Assembly: GCA_963761305.1 (NCBI GenBank)
Contig: CAVXGK010000002.1
Span: 1,472,001 to 1,536,000, forward strand
DNA from: an uncultured Gemmatimonadaceae bacterium
Lineage (GTDB): Bacteria > Gemmatimonadota > Gemmatimonadetes > Gemmatimonadales > Gemmatimonadaceae
DNA: 64,000 bases
Direction: 5' to 3'
Shown piece by piece: positions 40,050 through 55,158 of the stretch (positions are counted from its first letter, which is position 1; each line of letters begins with the position of its first letter). The notes under the pieces were generated by a model, which worked only from the letters and a program-made list of their open reading frames with translations, searched no databases and was not told the DNA's origin. The position numbers were made by a program, and so were the translations under genes.

Positions 40050-41458
40050 GACTTATGAGAACACACATCGCCGTCGGCGCGCTGCTTTGCGGGGCAGCCC
40101 TTCACGCGCAGGATCGCACCATGCCGCCCGACGCCGAGCGGCAGCTCGCCCGCTCGATCTACAAGGAGATGATCGAGATCAAATCGGGCTACACGTCCGG
40201 CGCGACGACGCCCGTCGCCGAGGCGGTGGCCAAGCGTCTCAAGGCCGCCGGATTCCCCGCCGCGGACATCTTCGTGGGAGGAGCCAGTCCGACGAAGGCG
40301 AACCTGGTCGTGCGATACCACGGCACCGGAAAGCGCCGGCCGATCCTCCTCCTCGCGCACACGGACGTCGTCGAGGCGAAGCGCGAAGACTGGAGCATGG
40401 ATCCGTTCACGCTCACCGAGAAGGACGGCTACTTCTACGGCCGCGGCGTCGGCGACGACAAGGCGCAGGCCGCCGTGTGGATCGCGAACCTCATTCGTTA
40501 CAAGCGCGAGGGATTCAAACCGGATCGGGACATCATCGTCGCGCTCACGGCCGACGAGGAAGGCGGCGGCCCGTTCAACGGTGTCGAGTGGCTGATCAAG
40601 AACAAGCGTGATTTGATCGACGCCGACCTCTGTCTGAACGAGGGCGGCTGGGGCGAAGCGGTCGCTGGGACGCGCATCGCCAACGATCTTCAGGTGAGCG
40701 AGAAGTACGTCATCAACTATCGGCTCGAGGTGCACAACAAGGGCGGACACAGTTCGCTGCCCGTCGCCGACAACGCCATCTACCATCTCGCCGGCGCGCT
40801 CGACCGGCTGTCGAAGTTCGGTTTTCCGCTCAAGACAAACGACGTGACGCGCGAATATTTTCGCGTGATGTCGACCATCGAGAAGGGGCCGATCCACACG
40901 GACCTCGCCGCGGTGGCCAAGGGAGACGCGCCGGCGATGCAGCGCGTCGCGGCCGCGACGACGGCGTGGAACGCGACGCTCAGAACGACCTGTGTCGCGA
41001 CACAGCTCGAGGGCGGGCACGCCAAGAACGCGCTCCCGCAACTCGCCGCGGCGAACGTCAACTGCCGAGTGCTGCCCGACGATTCGATCGCCTCCGTCAC
41101 GGCGACGCTGCGACGACTGATCGGCGACACGGCGGTGTCGCTCACGATCGACGGCACGCCGCACAACGCGCCCGCCTCACCGCTGCGCGCGGATCTCTTG
41201 AGCACGACCAGCGCCGTCACGACGCAACTGTGGCCGGGCGTGCAGACCGTCCCGATGATGGTGATGGGCGCGACCGACGGCGCCTACCTTCGCTCGGCCG
41301 GCATTCCGACATATGGAATTCAAGGCTTCTTCTACGATCGCGACGACATTCGATTCCACGGCCGCGACGAGCGGCTCAAGGTGGAAGCGTTCTATCAGGG
41401 GCAGACATTCTTGTACGAGCTCGTGAAGAGGCTCAGCGGCGGTGGTCCGTCCGTCTAA
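40046..41458 (+). CDS. M20/M25/M40 metallopeptidase
   Basis: LLAHTDVV, GRGVGDDK, TADEE, GGHSS, GATDG, HGRDE. Confidence 0.92.
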   Translation: MRLMRTHIAVGALLCGAALHAQDRTMPPDAERQLARSIYKEMIEIKSGYTSGATTPVAEAVAKRLKAAGFPAADIFVGGASPTKANLVVRYHGTGKRRPILLLAHTDVVEAKREDWSMDPFTLTEKDGYFYGRGVGDDKAQAAVWIANLIRYKREGFKPDRDIIVALTADEEGGGPFNGVEWLIKNKRDLIDADLCLNEGGWGEAVAGTRIANDLQVSEKYVINYRLEVHNKGGHSSLPVADNAIYHLAGALDRLSKFGFPLKTNDVTREYFRVMSTIEKGPIHTDLAAVAKGDAPAMQRVAAATTAWNATLRTTCVATQLEGGHAKNALPQLAAANVNCRVLPDDSIASVTATLRRLIGDTAVSLTIDGTPHNAPASPLRADLLSTTSAVTTQLWPGVQTVPMMVMGATDGAYLRSAGIPTYGIQGFFYDRDDIRFHGRDERLKVEAFYQGQTFLYELVKRLSGGGPSV

Positions 41459-41565
41459 CCGGCGAAGGGCGCAACGGCCGAAGGGCGCAACGGCCAAACG
41501 GCGCAACGGCCAAACGGCGCAAACTGGGCAAAACGGCGCAACTGGCAAACGGCGCGAAGGGCGCG
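41459..41565 (+). repeat. 16-bp tandem array, degenerate, GGGCGCAACGGCC(G/A)AA-type
   Basis: Starts right after the peptidase stop; three clean units then decayed 8-mers. Confidence 0.88.
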
Positions 41566-41580
41566 GGCGAGTTGTGTGGG

Positions 41581-41919
41581 TCAGCGTTTCAGCAGCGACG
41601 TGAGCATCTTGATGATCGTCACGCCGCGATTGCGGTGGCGCCAATAGATGGCCCGCGTGATCCGCTTCGACGCGTAGTTCGCACGGAGGTGGCGGATCGT
41701 CTCCTCCGTCTCTCCGCGTGCGACGCGGAGCGAATAGCCGCGCTCTTTGTCCTTTCCTCGGCCAAACCCCTCACTGATATTCGAGCCGATCGCCTGCGAG
41801 GCTTTGCGCAACTGCGTCACGTGGATCAGTCGACGAGGCGATTCGTCGATGAGGCGATTGATGTCATCCGCCAGTTGGTCCGCCGCGTCCAGCACGGCGA
41901 GGTCACGATGATTGCTCAT
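41581..41919 (-). CDS. four-helix-bundle protein (23S rRNA IVS-protein/Avd-like)
   Basis: 112 aa; HRDLAV, QLRKASQAIGSNISEGFGR, YSLRVARGETEET, IKMLTSL fit the QLRRAA.SI..NIAEG..R..F..IARGS..E pattern. Confidence 0.85.
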   Translation of the reverse strand: MSNHRDLAVLDAADQLADDINRLIDESPRRLIHVTQLRKASQAIGSNISEGFGRGKDKERGYSLRVARGETEETIRHLRANYASKRITRAIYWRHRNRGVTIIKMLTSLLKR

Positions 41920-42013
41920 GCGCCACGCTAACGGGAGCGTGACGTCCGACCGACACCACTTTCTCGCCCACCACATCCTCCCACCGCCTCACGTCGTCGC
42001 GCCTCCCGCGCAG

Positions 42014-42173
42014 TTTGGCCGTCGCGCTCTTTGGCCGTCGCGCTCTTTGGCCGTCGCGCTCTTTGGCCGTCGCGCTCTTTGGCCGTCGCGCTCTTTGGCC
42101 GTCGCGCTCTTTGGCCGTCGCGCTCTTTGGCCGTCGCGCTCTTTGGCCGTCGCGCTCTTTGGCCGTCGCGCTC
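42014..42173 (-). repeat. 10 perfect copies of TTTGGCCGTCGCGCTC, inverted relative to 41459-41565
   Basis: Read directly; reverse-complement unit GAGCGCGACGGCCAAA. Confidence 0.97.
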
Positions 42174-42225
42174 GTCGCTGTCTGCCGCGTCTGGCCGTCC
42201 GTCGCCCGACCGATAGATTGCTGGC

Positions 42226-45417
<3,192 letters not shown>

Positions 45418-45425
45418 CCGGGGAT

Positions 45426-46001
45426 ATGAGATTCATGAATCGCCGTGGAATCGTGCAGGCGTCGCTCGGCGTCCTGCTCGCCGGTGCCGCCGCGCGGCCA
45501 GCGATGGCGAGCGTGAGTCGCCTCACCGTCGCCGACTCGACGGTCGAGCTGCTCGGCTACCACACCACGTTCCCGAGCGGTTGGTCGCGCAAGCCTCCCG
45601 CGTCGTCCTCACGGCTCGCCCAGTTCGTCATTCACGGCGCCGATGCGTCGAGCGACGCCGAAGTGGTCGTGTTCTTTTTCGGGGCGACACAGGGCGCCAA
45701 CGTGGACGCGAACGTCGCGCGATGGCGAAGCCAGTTTTCGACGTCTGACGGCTCGCCCGTGCCCGAGACGATCGCCCGCGACTCGACAGGCACGTTCCCG
45801 GCGACGATCGCCGAGTTTCGCGGCACGTATCAGCGGGGCGTCGGCGCTGGATCGGCCGACTCGGTGCGCACCGGGCAAACGCTCGTCGCGACGATCGTCG
45901 AAACGCCGCACGGCACGCTCTTCGTTCAGCTGTTCGGCCCCACCGCCACCGTGGCGGCGCATCGTGCCGAGCTCGTCCGGTTTGTGAAGGAGCTCAAATA
46001 G
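45426..46001 (+). CDS. Tat-exported hypothetical protein
   Basis: NRRGIVQ plus hydrophobic signal; GANVDANVARWRSQF. Confidence 0.65.
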   Translation: MRFMNRRGIVQASLGVLLAGAAARPAMASVSRLTVADSTVELLGYHTTFPSGWSRKPPASSSRLAQFVIHGADASSDAEVVVFFFGATQGANVDANVARWRSQFSTSDGSPVPETIARDSTGTFPATIAEFRGTYQRGVGAGSADSVRTGQTLVATIVETPHGTLFVQLFGPTATVAAHRAELVRFVKELK

Positions 46002-46040
46002 CAGTATCGTAGGACGGGGGGGGATAAAACCGAACGGATC

Positions 46041-46268
46041 GTGCGCAAACGCGTCATCTACGACCCCGGGGAACCTGTCGTCGTCCAGGACTACGTGCTG
46101 GAGGCGCTGGCCGTGCTCGATCAGTCCGTGCTCGAGACGGCGGACATCCCGTCGATGGTGCGCTGCGACCGCATCGGCGAGATCACGCAACGGGCCCTGC
46201 TGATCGTTCGACGAGAGCACCTGAGCGAAGCGCGCGAGGTATTGTGCCTCGACCGAGCCGACGCGTGA
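46041..46268 (+). CDS. small DUF2007-like protein
   Basis: LDQSVLETADIPSMV..D..LLIVRREHLSEAREVL. Confidence 0.55.
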   Translation: MRKRVIYDPGEPVVVQDYVLEALAVLDQSVLETADIPSMVRCDRIGEITQRALLIVRREHLSEAREVLCLDRADA

Positions 46269-47854
46269 GAAGCGACTCGCCCACCGCCCGGACAGCAGTC
46301 GCAGCGCTCCTGCTGACAGTCGCGGGGTGCACCTCGCTCCCCTGGCACGCCGGCCCGACGCTGCCACGCGAGCAACGTCTCACCGAATCGGAGCGCATCG
46401 CGCATGTCTTGTCGCGGCTGACCTTCGGCGCGCGTCCGGGCGACGCGCAGCGTGTCACAGCCATCGGCATCGACCGCTGGATCGATCAACAGCTGCATCC
46501 GGAGTCGATTCCCGACAGCGCTGTCACCGTCGCGCTGGCGCCGCTCGAGTCGTGGAACGGGCCGACGAAGAACATCACCGCGGTCCCCGACGCACCACGA
46601 CGACTTGCGTTGACCCCGATGTCGGTCCTCGTCAAGGACACCGCCGCGCTGGCGCAACTTCACATGATCGCGGTCCGGCTTGCCGCACTGCAGCTGGACG
46701 ACGACTTCGTCGCCGGCAAGATCATCAACGCGCAGATGAGCGAGCGGCAGCTGTTCGAGGTGGTTGCCGACTTCTGGGAAAACCACTTCTCGGTGTACCG
46801 AGGCAAGATGCCGTCGCGCGAGGCGCTCGTCGTCTTGGATCGCGATGCGATTCGTCCTCACGCCCTCGGCAAATTCCGCGACCTGCTCGGCGCCGTCGCG
46901 CACAGCCCCGCGATGCTGTACTACCTCGACAACTACCTCAGCACGAGCGGCGCCCTGAACGAGAACTACGGGCGCGAGCTGCTGGAGCTTCACACGCTCG
47001 GCGTCGACGGCGGCTACACACAGCACGACGTCGTGGAGGTTGCCCGCGCGTTCACGGGATGGACGATCGCGAGGGCACGCGATCCGAGCCTGTTCGCGTT
47101 CTACCAAGAACGCCACGACACGGGAACGAAGACGATTCTCGGCCACGTCTTGCCGGCGGGCCGCGGCATCGAAGACGGCGAGGAGGTCCTCGACATTCTC
47201 GCGCGGCATCCGTCGACGGCCCACCACATCGCGTTCAAGCTGGTTCGCCGCCTCGTCAGCGACGACCCGCCGCCGGCGTTGGTCGAGCGCGCGGCCGCGA
47301 CGTTCTCGCGCACCGAGGGCGACATCGCCCAGGTGGTGCGGACCATTATCACGAGTCCTGAGTTCTTCTCGCACGCGGCGTTCCGCGCCAAGGTCAAGAC
47401 GCCGTTCGAGCTCGTCGTCAGCGCGCGGCGCGCCGTGAACGCCGCGCCGGACACGAGCGCGGCCACGGTTCGCCAGATCGCGCAGCTCGGCCAGCCCATA
47501 TTCGGGTGGGCGACACCAGAGGGATGGCCCGACCGCGGCGACGCGTGGATCAATTTCGGCGAGATCTACAAGCGCATTCGCTTCGGCGGCGACGTGGCGG
47601 ATGGCCGAATCCCCTCCGCGGAGCCGGAGCACTGGCGCGACTGGTCCGCGCTCGCATCGCTGCCGCTGCAACGTCAGATCGACGCCATCGTCACGGACGT
47701 TTTCGGCGGATCCGCGGAATCGGCGACGCGCAGCGCGATGCTCGCTGTTCAGCCGATGGGCGCTGCTCAGGACACGACGATCGGGAATGGGCAGCGGAGC
47801 CTTCGTGCGTTGCTCACGATTGCCCTGGCCTCACCGCAGTTCCAACACCGTTGA
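46265..47854 (+). CDS. DUF1800 family protein (lipoprotein-like)
   Basis: HVLSRLTFG, FWENHF, SPAMLYYLDN, NENYGRELLELHTLG, KVKTPFE, SPQFQ. Confidence 0.9.
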   Translation: MRSDSPTARTAVAALLLTVAGCTSLPWHAGPTLPREQRLTESERIAHVLSRLTFGARPGDAQRVTAIGIDRWIDQQLHPESIPDSAVTVALAPLESWNGPTKNITAVPDAPRRLALTPMSVLVKDTAALAQLHMIAVRLAALQLDDDFVAGKIINAQMSERQLFEVVADFWENHFSVYRGKMPSREALVVLDRDAIRPHALGKFRDLLGAVAHSPAMLYYLDNYLSTSGALNENYGRELLELHTLGVDGGYTQHDVVEVARAFTGWTIARARDPSLFAFYQERHDTGTKTILGHVLPAGRGIEDGEEVLDILARHPSTAHHIAFKLVRRLVSDDPPPALVERAAATFSRTEGDIAQVVRTIITSPEFFSHAAFRAKVKTPFELVVSARRAVNAAPDTSAATVRQIAQLGQPIFGWATPEGWPDRGDAWINFGEIYKRIRFGGDVADGRIPSAEPEHWRDWSALASLPLQRQIDAIVTDVFGGSAESATRSAMLAVQPMGAAQDTTIGNGQRSLRALLTIALASPQFQHR

Positions 47855-47954
47855 CTCGCCGGCCCCCCCAACACGTGGGCTCCCTCGTGCGATATTTCAG
47901 CGGAACGAACTCGCCCGCTAAACTCGCTCAACCGATGACGATGGAGATCGCGCA

Positions 47955-49541
47955 ATGCTGAACCGCCTTCAATTGGCCGGGGCTGCTTCTTTGTTCCTCG
48001 TTGGAACCCTCACGGCTCAGCGTCCGGGAGGCCCGGGCGGTCCTGGAGGACGCGCAGGCGGAGCGGCCGGCGCGCCGGAGCCCGCCGAAGAAGGCGTCGC
48101 GGCGATCGAGAGACTCTCGACGACGCACCACACCGTTACGATCAGCGGCAAAGCGATCGCGTACACGGCGAACACCGGCACGATGGTCATTCGCGACGAC
48201 GACGGAAAGCCCAAGGCCACCGTCTTCTACGTTTCGTATACGCGCGATCAGGAAGACGCGGCCACTCGCCCGGTGACGTTCTTCTTCAACGGCGGCCCGG
48301 GATCGGCGTCGATCTGGCTCGACATGGGACTCATGAGCCCGCGCCATCCGGAGATGGGGCCCGACGGCGCGCAGCCCGCGCCGCCGTACAACCTCGTCGA
48401 CAATCCCGTGTCGCCGCTCGACGTCACGGACCTCGTTCAAATCGACGCGATGATGACGGGCTATTCGCGCCCCGGACCGGGCGCGAGGGTGACGGACTTC
48501 ACTGGCGCGACGAACGACGTCCGGCTCTTCGCGCAGTTCATTCGCAACTACCTCGACAAGTACAGCCGCTGGGCGTCGCCCAAGTATCTCTACGGCGAGA
48601 GCTACGGCACCTTCCGCTCGGCGGGCCTCTCGTCCGAGCTGCAGTCGGGGGAAGGGATCGAGCTCAATGGCGTCATGCTCCTCGGCACGGTGCTCGACTT
48701 CGGAAACATCCAGCCATCGTCGACCAACGACCTCGCCTACGCCTGCTATCTGCCGACGTACGCGGCCACGGCCTGGTACCACAAGAAGCTCCCGGCCGAG
48801 TTGCAGAAGCAGTCGCTGGAGCAGGTCGTGCAGCAGGCGCGGACGTTTGCCTTCGGCGATTACATGACGGCGCTGTCGAAAGGCAACACGCTCACGGCGG
48901 CCGAGCGCGCCACTGTCTCGCAGCAGCTGGCGCGTCTCACCGGCGTTTCGCAACAATACGTCGCGAATACGAACCTTCGCATCGACCCCGGTGTGTTCCG
49001 CACGGAGCTGCTGCGCGGCGAGCGCTTGACCGTGGGCCGCTACGACAGCCGCATGACGGGACTCAACGGCAACGCGTCGAGCCAGCGGCAGGACTACGAT
49101 CCGTCGGACGTGGCGCCTTCGGGCGCGTTCATGTCGGCGTTCATGCGATACCTGCACGCCGATCTCAATTACACGAGCGACTTGCAGTATTACATGGGCG
49201 GTCACGCCGGCCGCTGGGACTATACGAGTCTCACGGGACTCGGCAACCTCGGCAGCGGCTATCCGAGCGAGTCGGAGGCATTGCGGACGGCGATGGCGAA
49301 GAATCCATATCTCCACGTCATGGTCGGCGCGGGCTACTACGACATGGCGACGCCGTTCGCCAACGCGGAGTACACGTTCAATCATCTCGGCTACGACCAG
49401 ACCTACCGCGACCGCGTGCAGTTCAAGTACTACAAGAGCGGCCACATGGCGTATCTGAATCAGGAATCGGCGAAGGAGTTGAAGTCCGACATCGCCAAAT
49501 TCATCGAGAGCACCCAGCGGCAGGCCAATCTGACGCCGTAG
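47955..49541 (+). CDS. S10-family serine carboxypeptidase, exported
   Basis: FNGGPGS, GESYG, GYYD.ATP, SGHM. Confidence 0.92.
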   Translation: MLNRLQLAGAASLFLVGTLTAQRPGGPGGPGGRAGGAAGAPEPAEEGVAAIERLSTTHHTVTISGKAIAYTANTGTMVIRDDDGKPKATVFYVSYTRDQEDAATRPVTFFFNGGPGSASIWLDMGLMSPRHPEMGPDGAQPAPPYNLVDNPVSPLDVTDLVQIDAMMTGYSRPGPGARVTDFTGATNDVRLFAQFIRNYLDKYSRWASPKYLYGESYGTFRSAGLSSELQSGEGIELNGVMLLGTVLDFGNIQPSSTNDLAYACYLPTYAATAWYHKKLPAELQKQSLEQVVQQARTFAFGDYMTALSKGNTLTAAERATVSQQLARLTGVSQQYVANTNLRIDPGVFRTELLRGERLTVGRYDSRMTGLNGNASSQRQDYDPSDVAPSGAFMSAFMRYLHADLNYTSDLQYYMGGHAGRWDYTSLTGLGNLGSGYPSESEALRTAMAKNPYLHVMVGAGYYDMATPFANAEYTFNHLGYDQTYRDRVQFKYYKSGHMAYLNQESAKELKSDIAKFIESTQRQANLTP

Positions 49542-49560
49542 GCCCGAAGGGATGGAACCA

Positions 49561-49596
49561 AATCCGACTCGCCCGCGTAGGGAGGCGAGTCGGGTT
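49561..49596 (+). terminator. hairpin, probable terminator after the S10 peptidase
   Basis: ccgactcgcc ... ggcgagtcgg followed by gttt. Confidence 0.55.
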
Positions 49597-49626
49597 TGGA
49601 CCATCGTCCATCTTCGGGAGCGTCCG

Positions 49627-49947
49627 GTGGGAGATCCTGGATTCATCGGCGTCATCGCCATCGTCGCCGTAGTCGGGCTGGCGACCTCGTTCACGTTCCT
49701 TCGCCGCGTGCTCGAGATGCGGCACGAGCGTTTCCTGCGCGCGCCGTCGGAGCCCCGGGCGCTCGAGGCCCTCTCCAGACGGCTCGACCGCATCGAGAAC
49801 GCCGTCGACGCCACGTCGCTCGAGGTCGAGCGGATCGCCGAAGCGAGTCGCTTCATGGCGAAACTCCTCGCGGAGCGCGGCGCGGCCGCGGCTCCGCCGT
49901 CGCCGGCCGCCCAACACGCGTCGGAGCGCGTCATCACGCCCCACTGA
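49627..49947 (+). CDS. small single-TM hypothetical protein
   Basis: GTG after GGGAG; TM helix then RLDRIENAVDATSLEVERIAE coiled coil. Confidence 0.65.
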   Translation: MGDPGFIGVIAIVAVVGLATSFTFLRRVLEMRHERFLRAPSEPRALEALSRRLDRIENAVDATSLEVERIAEASRFMAKLLAERGAAAAPPSPAAQHASERVITPH

Positions 49948-50031
49948 TTGGCGCGGGAATGGTTGCGTCCTCGGCAGACGGAATGGCCGCCGTCTTGCCC
50001 ATAAAGAAATTGCAACAAGCAGGAGGACGCG

Positions 50032-50544
50032 ATGAAATTGACGCGCCGAGTACGCTTCGCGACGCTCATGACCGTTGCTCCGTTGGTTCCAGCAGCGCTG
50101 CTGTGGTCGCACTTCCACGCGCCGCCCATCGAGCAATCGGCAATTCGACTCGAAGTGAGCCTGTCCGATCGGCAACTGCGAGTCATCGAAGACGGGCAAG
50201 TGACTCATTCGTATGGCGTCGCGGTCGGCCGCCCGAGCCACCCGACACCGACCGGACACTTCCGAACCGGCGACATCGACTGGAATCCGCAGTGGGTACC
50301 GCCGCCGACCGCCTGGGCGCGTGACAAGGTCTACCAGGCGCCGGGCTCTCCGGACAACCCAATGGTCGGCGTAAAGATCTATTTCGAGGCGCCGTATTAC
50401 TTCATTCACGGCACCAACGACCCCGAATCCATCGGCGAAGCCGCGTCACACGGGTGTATTCGAATGAACCCGGACGACGCCATCAGCCTCGCGCATCAGA
50501 TCCAGGATGCGGGAGGAAGTGTGCCGTTAACGATTTCTGATTGA
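50032..50544 (+). CDS. L,D-transpeptidase (YkuD family)
   Basis: VAVG..PTPTG, NP.W.PP, IHGT, SHGCIRM. Confidence 0.92.
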   Translation: MKLTRRVRFATLMTVAPLVPAALLWSHFHAPPIEQSAIRLEVSLSDRQLRVIEDGQVTHSYGVAVGRPSHPTPTGHFRTGDIDWNPQWVPPPTAWARDKVYQAPGSPDNPMVGVKIYFEAPYYFIHGTNDPESIGEAASHGCIRMNPDDAISLAHQIQDAGGSVPLTISD

Positions 50545-50605
50545 TCGACGGCCGGACCGGCTCCGCGCGTTTCTCGCGCGGAGCCCGGTCTTGCCCCCCG
50601 CCGCG

Positions 50606-50709
50606 CGCTGGTCTGATGTCGGTTGTCTGACGTCGCCCATCCGACTTCGAGCGCAAGATCGGAATCCAGTCCGGCGAGGACAGACGGCGGTCTGGCCGCG
50701 AACCACCCG
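50606..50709 (+). repeat. ~105-bp dispersed repeat, copy A
   Basis: ctggtctgatgtcgg...tccgacttcgagcgc...tggccgcga shared with the 54224 and 56001 copies. Confidence 0.7.
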
Positions 50710-50719
50710 CAGTTGGCTC

Positions 50720-50765
50720 TTGCGCCTTTCGCCGTTCTGCCATATGGTCGTATGGGTAACCCATA
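50720..50765 (+). promoter_or_regulatory. sigma70-like promoter and palindromic operator upstream of PadR
   Basis: TTGCGC-N17-TATGGT (50720-50748); palindrome TATGGGT-A-ACCCATA (50751-50765). Confidence 0.6.
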
Positions 50766-50774
50766 GGACCACGG

Positions 50775-51121
50775 ATGGCGGAGAAGCTCGACGTTCAGCA
50801 GGGCACGCTCGCCCTGATGATTCTCAAGACCCTCGAAGGGCTCGGCCCGCTGCACGGCTACGGCATCGCGCGGCGCATCGAGGAGACGAGCGGCAACCGG
50901 CTCGCCCTCAATTACGGCACGCTGTACCCCGCCCTGCTCAAGCTCGAGCAGGAAGGCGCCATCGCCGCCGACTGGCGCCAATCGGAAAACAATCGTCGCG
51001 CGAAGTTCTATTCGCTTACGCCGGCCGGCCGCAAGCAGCTGGCGCGTGAGACGCGCGATTGGCACCGGACGGCCGACCTGATCGCCGCCTTTCTCTCGCC
51101 GCGCCGCGGCGAGGAGGCCTC

Positions 51122-51125
<4 letters not shown>
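50775..51125 (+). CDS. PadR-family transcriptional regulator
   Basis: QGTLALMIL, LHGYGIA, GTLYPALLKLE, SENNRRAKFY. Confidence 0.93.
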
Positions 51126-53827
<2,702 letters not shown>

Positions 53828-53864
53828 CGGTCGGGGCCTTTGGGCGGGCGATAAATTCGGGGGC

Positions 53865-54197
53865 ATGCCCCTCCTCTTCTCGTACGGCACGCTGCGGCAG
53901 GACGACGTGCAACTGTCGACCTTTGGCCGTGTGCTGCACGGCGAACGCGATGCGCTGCTCGGTTTCGAGCAGTCGCAGTTCGAGGTCACCGATCCGCAAT
54001 TCGTCGCCGCCAGCGGCAAGTCGCAACACGCGAGGGTCGCGTTCAACGGGCGCACCAGCAGCCGTGTGGCCGGGTTGGTGTTCGAGGTGACCGATGCCGA
54101 GCTAGCGAGCGCCGATGCGTATGAGCCGGCGGGATACACCCGCGTACTCGCGGTGTTGGCGTCGGGACGGCGGGCCTGGGTCTACGCGGAGCGGTGA
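53865..54197 (+). CDS. gamma-glutamylcyclotransferase-like protein
   Basis: LFSYGTL, ADAYE..GY.R, AWVY. Confidence 0.85.
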   Translation: MPLLFSYGTLRQDDVQLSTFGRVLHGERDALLGFEQSQFEVTDPQFVAASGKSQHARVAFNGRTSSRVAGLVFEVTDAELASADAYEPAGYTRVLAVLASGRRAWVYAER

Positions 54198-54223
54198 GGC
54201 GGTACCACAGAACCTCAGATCCT

Positions 54224-54330
54224 GTCACGCCTGGTCTGAACTCTGCTGTCAGAAATCTGACCTCCGACTTCGAGCGCGCGGCCGGGCTACCCAGGCCGAG
54301 CCGGATCTCTGAGTGGCCGTGATCCCATCG
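54224..54330 (+). repeat. ~105-bp dispersed repeat, copy B
   Basis: gtcacgcctggtctga...tccgacttcgagcgcgc...gagtggccgtgatcc. Confidence 0.75.
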
Positions 54331-54367
54331 CTCTAAGTTCCGTGTATCTTCGGCCACTCGAGGCCAT

Positions 54368-54568
54368 ATGGCGCAGCGCTGGGAGTACATGATTCTCGAC
54401 GTTGGTGTGGCCGGGTTCTGGCTAGGCCCGAACCTCGACGGCAACGCCCTCACGGCGAAGCTGAACGAGTTGGGCGCCGAAGGTTGGGAAGCGCTCGGGC
54501 TGAGCGACATGGCCACGACCCAAGGACGCACGAAGGACCTCGTCATCATCCTCAAGCGTCCGGTCTGA
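54368..54568 (+). CDS. DUF4177-like small protein
   Basis: WEY, LNELGAEGWE, ILKRP. Confidence 0.8.
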   Translation: MAQRWEYMILDVGVAGFWLGPNLDGNALTAKLNELGAEGWEALGLSDMATTQGRTKDLVIILKRPV

Positions 54569-54586
54569 CCGCGGAGCGAGGTCGTT

Positions 54587-55153
54587 GTGATTCCGGTCGG
54601 GTTCTGCACGCCGCGTCTACTCCTCCGCCAGTGGCGCGCCGACGACGCCGACGGGTTGCATCCGCTCCTCGTCGCCAACTACGAGCGTCTCGCGCCGTGG
54701 ATCCCGGCGCGCGTCGCGACTCCCGCGCCGCTGGCGGCGCTCTCCGACCGCTTGTCGGGATTCGTGGCGGAGTTCGACGCCGGTCGCGAATGGCGATTTG
54801 CGATGCTGACGCCCGACGAAACGAGGCTCATTGGCGAGATCGACTTGTTCCCTCGGTCGGCAAGCGGTCGAGTGCATGTTGCCGAGGCGGACCGCGCAGA
54901 GATCGGGTACTGGATCCGCGCCGACGAAAGCGGGCGCGGGTTCGTCACCGAGGGGGTGCGCGCGATGATCGACGTCGCGCGGCAAGTCGATCGATTCACG
55001 CACCTCGAGATCCGCTGCGACGAGCGCAACGTCCAGAGCGCCGCGGTGCCCAGGCGCCTCGGCTTTCGACTGTCGGAGACGATCGACCAACCGCCGGCCA
55101 AGGCCGAGCAGCGCGGCACTCAGTTGCAGATCTGGACGTCGAGCGCGCGCTGA
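54587..55153 (+). CDS. GNAT (RimJ/RimL-type) N-acetyltransferase
   Basis: TPRLLLR, EIGYWI..GRGFVTE, N..SAAVPRRLGF. Confidence 0.88.
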   Translation: MIPVGFCTPRLLLRQWRADDADGLHPLLVANYERLAPWIPARVATPAPLAALSDRLSGFVAEFDAGREWRFAMLTPDETRLIGEIDLFPRSASGRVHVAEADRAEIGYWIRADESGRGFVTEGVRAMIDVARQVDRFTHLEIRCDERNVQSAAVPRRLGFRLSETIDQPPAKAEQRGTQLQIWTSSAR

Positions 55154-55158
55154 CCGCG

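Noticed and set aside
41581..41919. Four-helix gene as the Avd of a diversity-generating retroelement
   Set aside because: No reverse transcriptase and no TR/VR pair differing at adenines was seen in the window.
37127..42173. 16-bp arrays as CRISPR arrays
   Set aside because: Units are directly tandem with no unique spacers, are too short, and there are no cas genes in the window.
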